In this document: positions 60,723 to 64,000 of the stretch, piece after piece
Position numbering within the stretch: position 1 is the first letter of the stretch
How the letters are laid out: each line of letters opens with the position of its first letter
Assembly: GCA_030704615.1 (NCBI GenBank)
Contig: CM060732.1
Location: 29,450,001-29,514,000, forward strand
From: Takakia lepidozioides
Taxonomy: Eukaryota > Plantae > Bryophyta
Length of the DNA stretch: 64,000 nucleotides
Direction of reading: 5' to 3'
Position numbers and translations under genes: made by a program
Notes under the pieces: generated by a model
Told to the model about the DNA's origin: nothing
Database searches by the model: none
The model's input: only the letters and a program-made list of their open reading frames with translations

Positions 60723-62480
60723 CCTGTGCAAGGCTCCCAGATTGGTTGTCTCCACTGCACCTGACGTGTTCCACCAAGCCTTGATGATAGCAAACTTAAC
60801 CTCCGCGTCATTTAATGTGGGTGCATCCTTCCACGCCGTACAAAGGACACGGTGTTCAGCCTGGAATGAGCTAGCAACAAATTTGGTAGTGTAGTGGGAT
60901 AGACTCTGCATCCAATGGAATCCACAGGATCTCTCTTTCCCCTCCATTGGCACATTGGGGTCCTCACCGTACACACGCCGCACCGCTACCCAGTTGGCCT
61001 GAGCATTGTCTGCCATGAATCCCCTGAAATTGGGCTCTGACAATCCCGCCCTTGCCATCTGCTCGTTTATGCCCTCCCACAGATGCATCTCCGACTGTGT
61101 GTCCTCCCCTTTCATCTCGCAGATTGCAATCGTCATGAGCCTCTTGGAGTGATAGTCATAAACATGCGCACCCATAGTCACCCACTGATGGTTTGTAATT
61201 CGCTTGATGTGATCAAACATCACCCAAGCATTCGACAGGTTTCCAGTTGTCATGCGAGTGACCAAGTCGACTCCACTCCCAGGCCCACACGTCGACATTT
61301 TGAAAATGTAACAACGATCGGATTCGCTGCCTTGCCCTGGAAACCTGCTACCTTGGATGTAGTCATATCCAGTCATTCGTTTCACCTCCAGGATTGAGTG
61401 CATGTCCGACCCCCGGCCGAACTCCTGCTTGCAAGATACGATGTGATTCCGCACATTCGGACTACAAACGTGCGAGACGAAAAGCAATCTTGTGGGCTGC
61501 CTTCAGCTGAATCTGCTTTGGTCTGGCTCCGGGGCTCAATTTCACCTCCTCTTTTATGATGTCGTGTGCTTCCTGCACAGCCTCACGCATGTTGCCTCTC
61601 GCCAAGGGGTGGCAGTGGACCCCAACGTGTATGCAAGCTCTAGTAAAGTCCGGGAGCAAATGGATAACGTAATATTGCTTGGCTCTGCACATGGACATGC
61701 ACGTCGGTGGTTCTTTGCAATGTGCGCACTTGAAAGTACCCGCAGGAGCTTGGCTGGAGACAATGAATGGATGATGCGTTGTGCCAGTCCAATCCGTCTC
61801 GTTTCTCCGCCCTCCTTTGGAAAGAAAGTGGAAGCAGGCGGGATTCAGGCACCTCAGCTTCCCCGCACAGAGGATGTATCGTACACGAACACCATCAGCA
61901 ATTTTCGTGCTACTGGTCTTCGTCACACACCAGGGGTGTCCGTCATGCTTTCGATCCATGTCTGTTAACATCCCTGAGGCTTTGTTTGAGGAAGTGACAA
62001 GTGGAAACTCGAAGATGACATTGCCATCGACTTCGGGAGGCAGATACGTTACCTTCCTGACCGGAAATTTGGCATAGTCGAGAGCAGCCAGCTCGGAGCG
62101 AGAACAATCGAGGTGATGTTGCCGTAGGAGCTGCACAATGGACCGGGTTGGAATTATGCTCGAGAGTACATGCGTAGCACCTGCAAAGACGTCCATGTCG
62201 GATTTGAACGACCGTGTGGAGGACATGGGGACCTCAATGTACTCATCTTTATCGTCGGAAATGTCGAATACGTCCACACGAGAAGCTATGGAGGGTCTTG
62301 ATGGTCCAGGTCGGGAATGATTATCGTTGCATACCTCTCTATTGGCAGTGGCCGCCTATCGGTTTCCGGACTCCTTTGTGGATGGTCTGGACAGCGACTG
62401 ATTCGGAAAGGGAATGGGCATTCCCACAGCTCGGTACAGGATGGTGTCTGATGGGGGTACGTGCCATTCGATTCCGCAAC
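60723..62480 (-). pseudogene. N-terminal two-thirds of the MULE transposase (GCM-like domain + DDE N-half), copy D
   Basis: ORF 61462-62277 and the 5' part of 59973-61487. About 70 bp deleted near 61480. Confidence 0.85.
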
Positions 62481-63049
62481 CTCCGTCGTTACCTAGCACG
62501 ACAATGGTCTCGTCAACCTGTCCAGGAACATCCTTCCTTTCTTCTTCCAAATAAACTGTGCCCGGTTTGAGCTTGAATTTAGAACAAAGGTAAGTTTCGG
62601 TCACTCTGCAAAGTCCTCCCTCGTTTGGGATCCAAGCTCTCCCAAGTTGCGGAGGACAGCAAACTATAGCGTAGGAATTCGGAGCCATCGCACACCGCAC
62701 CAAGTTGGCAAGTGCGAGGTTCAGTATAGCGACAGACGAAGGCTCACAGGCACCATGCGGAGTCCATCGACGATTGGAAGTCGCACATTGAAGTGGAAAG
62801 TATAGTTTCAAGCTACATGCATGAAGGTGGGAGGTGTGATTCCATAGCCAGTAAGTTAGACAATGATGGCCGAATCGGCGACGAAATAACATCTCCTGAC
62901 AGTTTCTCCTGAGGGTGGATCCAGCAGTATTCTCGGTACAGAAAGGAGCGTTCGCACTGACAAGTGCCAGGACTGTTAGTTAAAACGGTCAGACAACCTA
63001 GTTGTGCTCATCAAGACTGGTCGCAATTCTGTTGTTTCGGAACAATGCA

Positions 63050-64000
63050 ACCCATTCAGGTTCAGCATGCGGAAATGAGGTTTCAGATTTCCGTCCGGAG
63101 TGATTCTTTCGATTGCTGCTGCACGGAAATACGGCGCCGCATGTCCGTATTGCATCTTGGTCATGCACCAGAGCGACGGAAATGCGGCACCGAGTTTCCG
63201 TCCGGGGGAAACCTTTACACACTCCAGAACGGAAATGCGGTAACGCATTTCCATCCAGCAAGCACGGTATGTGAAGGTGGAACGGAAATGCGGTACCGCA
63301 TTTCCGTTCTGATTGAGAATCATGAACAAAGGGAACAGAAATGCGGCACTGCATTTCCGTCCGAGTCGCACTTTCCGACATTCCAGAACGGAAATGCGGC
63401 ACCGCATTTCCGCCCGGGTGAGACCTTAATACTCTCCAGAACGGAAATGCGGTAACGCATTTCCATCTAGCAAGCACGGTATGTGAAGGTGGAACGGAAA
63501 TGCGGTACCGCATTTCCGTTCTGATTGAGAATTATGAACAACGGGAACAGAAATGCGGCACCGCATTTCCGTCCGAGTGGCACTTTCCGACATTCCAGAA
63601 CGGAAATGCGGCGCCGCATTTCCGTTTTGTATCTGATGCATGGAGCTCAGTGCAATTCCGATCGCTTGAGACAGCGCAATTCCGACCGCTTCAGACATTC
63701 ATACTATCCAGAACGGAATTGCGGTACCGCATTTCCGTTCTGACTGTATATCGTGAACCATCGGAACTGAAATGCGACAGCGCATTTCCATCCGAGTCGC
63801 ACCTCCCTCACAAGCTAGAACGGAAATGCGGCACCGCATTTCCGCCCGGGTGAGACCTTCATACTCTCCAGAATGGAAATGCGGTACCGCATTTTCGTTC
63901 TTATGAAAAATCATGAAACATCGGAACTGAAATGCGGTACAGCAATTCCGTCGGAGTCGCAGCTTCCGACATTCCAAAACGGAAATGCGGCGCCGCATTT
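63050..64000. repeat. Central palindrome array with exact 53-bp period (copy D)
   Basis: Repeat starts at 63178, 63231, 63284, 63337, 63390, 63443, 63496, 63549, 63602. Confidence 0.95.

Larger units (their letters stand above)
52581..64000. mobile_element. MULE element copy D: right end, unknown ORF pair, ParB-MTase (-), inverted transposase segment (-), array
   Basis: Starts GGGGGCTGCTATTTCATGAGCCATGAGCCATGAGC, an imperfect counterpart of the left terminus. Internal homology to A/B/C. Confidence 0.85.

Noticed and set aside
63050-64000. CRISPR array (palindromic repeat with constant-length spacers)
   Set aside because: Spacers recur as a few types in higher-order repeats and are shared among copies, there are no cas genes, and the context is a eukaryotic transposon.

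Overview
Eukaryotic nest of transposable elements with no recognisable host gene. The host is most likely a non-seed land plant (inferred from TTTAGGG repeats, GT-AG introns and a Tcn1-like chromovirus). Four partly rearranged copies (A ~778-6907, B 9267-21869, C 21870-34595, D 52581->64000) of one large (>15 kb when reconstructed) Mutator-like DNA transposon dominate the window. Reconstructed layout: left end GAGGTTTACTATTTCATGAGC + (CCATGAG)n; a spliced MULE DDE transposase with an N-terminal GCM-like Zn domain and a C-terminal SWIM finger; a ~1.5 kb array of 22-bp GGAAATGCGGYRCCGCATTTCC palindromes at 52-53 bp spacing; a divergently transcribed multi-exon gene encoding a ParB/Srx-like (DGNHR) domain fused to a beta-class N4C/N6A DNA amino-methyltransferase fold; more palindromes; a head-to-head pair of paralogous ~190-aa unknown ORFs; and a right end GGGGGCTGCTATTTCATGAGC. 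This transposon carrying a ParB-methyltransferase gene and a phased palindrome array is the main candidate for an undescribed system. The rest is nested Ty3/gypsy LTR retrotransposon pieces (a chromovirus, a self-priming Tcn1-like element, non-chromovirus elements), a probable LINE 3' fragment, a probable hAT end and a 500-N gap (34596-35095). Sequence near the gap is indel-rich, so frameshifts there may be consensus errors. All domain calls come from motif recognition by eye and have not been checked by database search.
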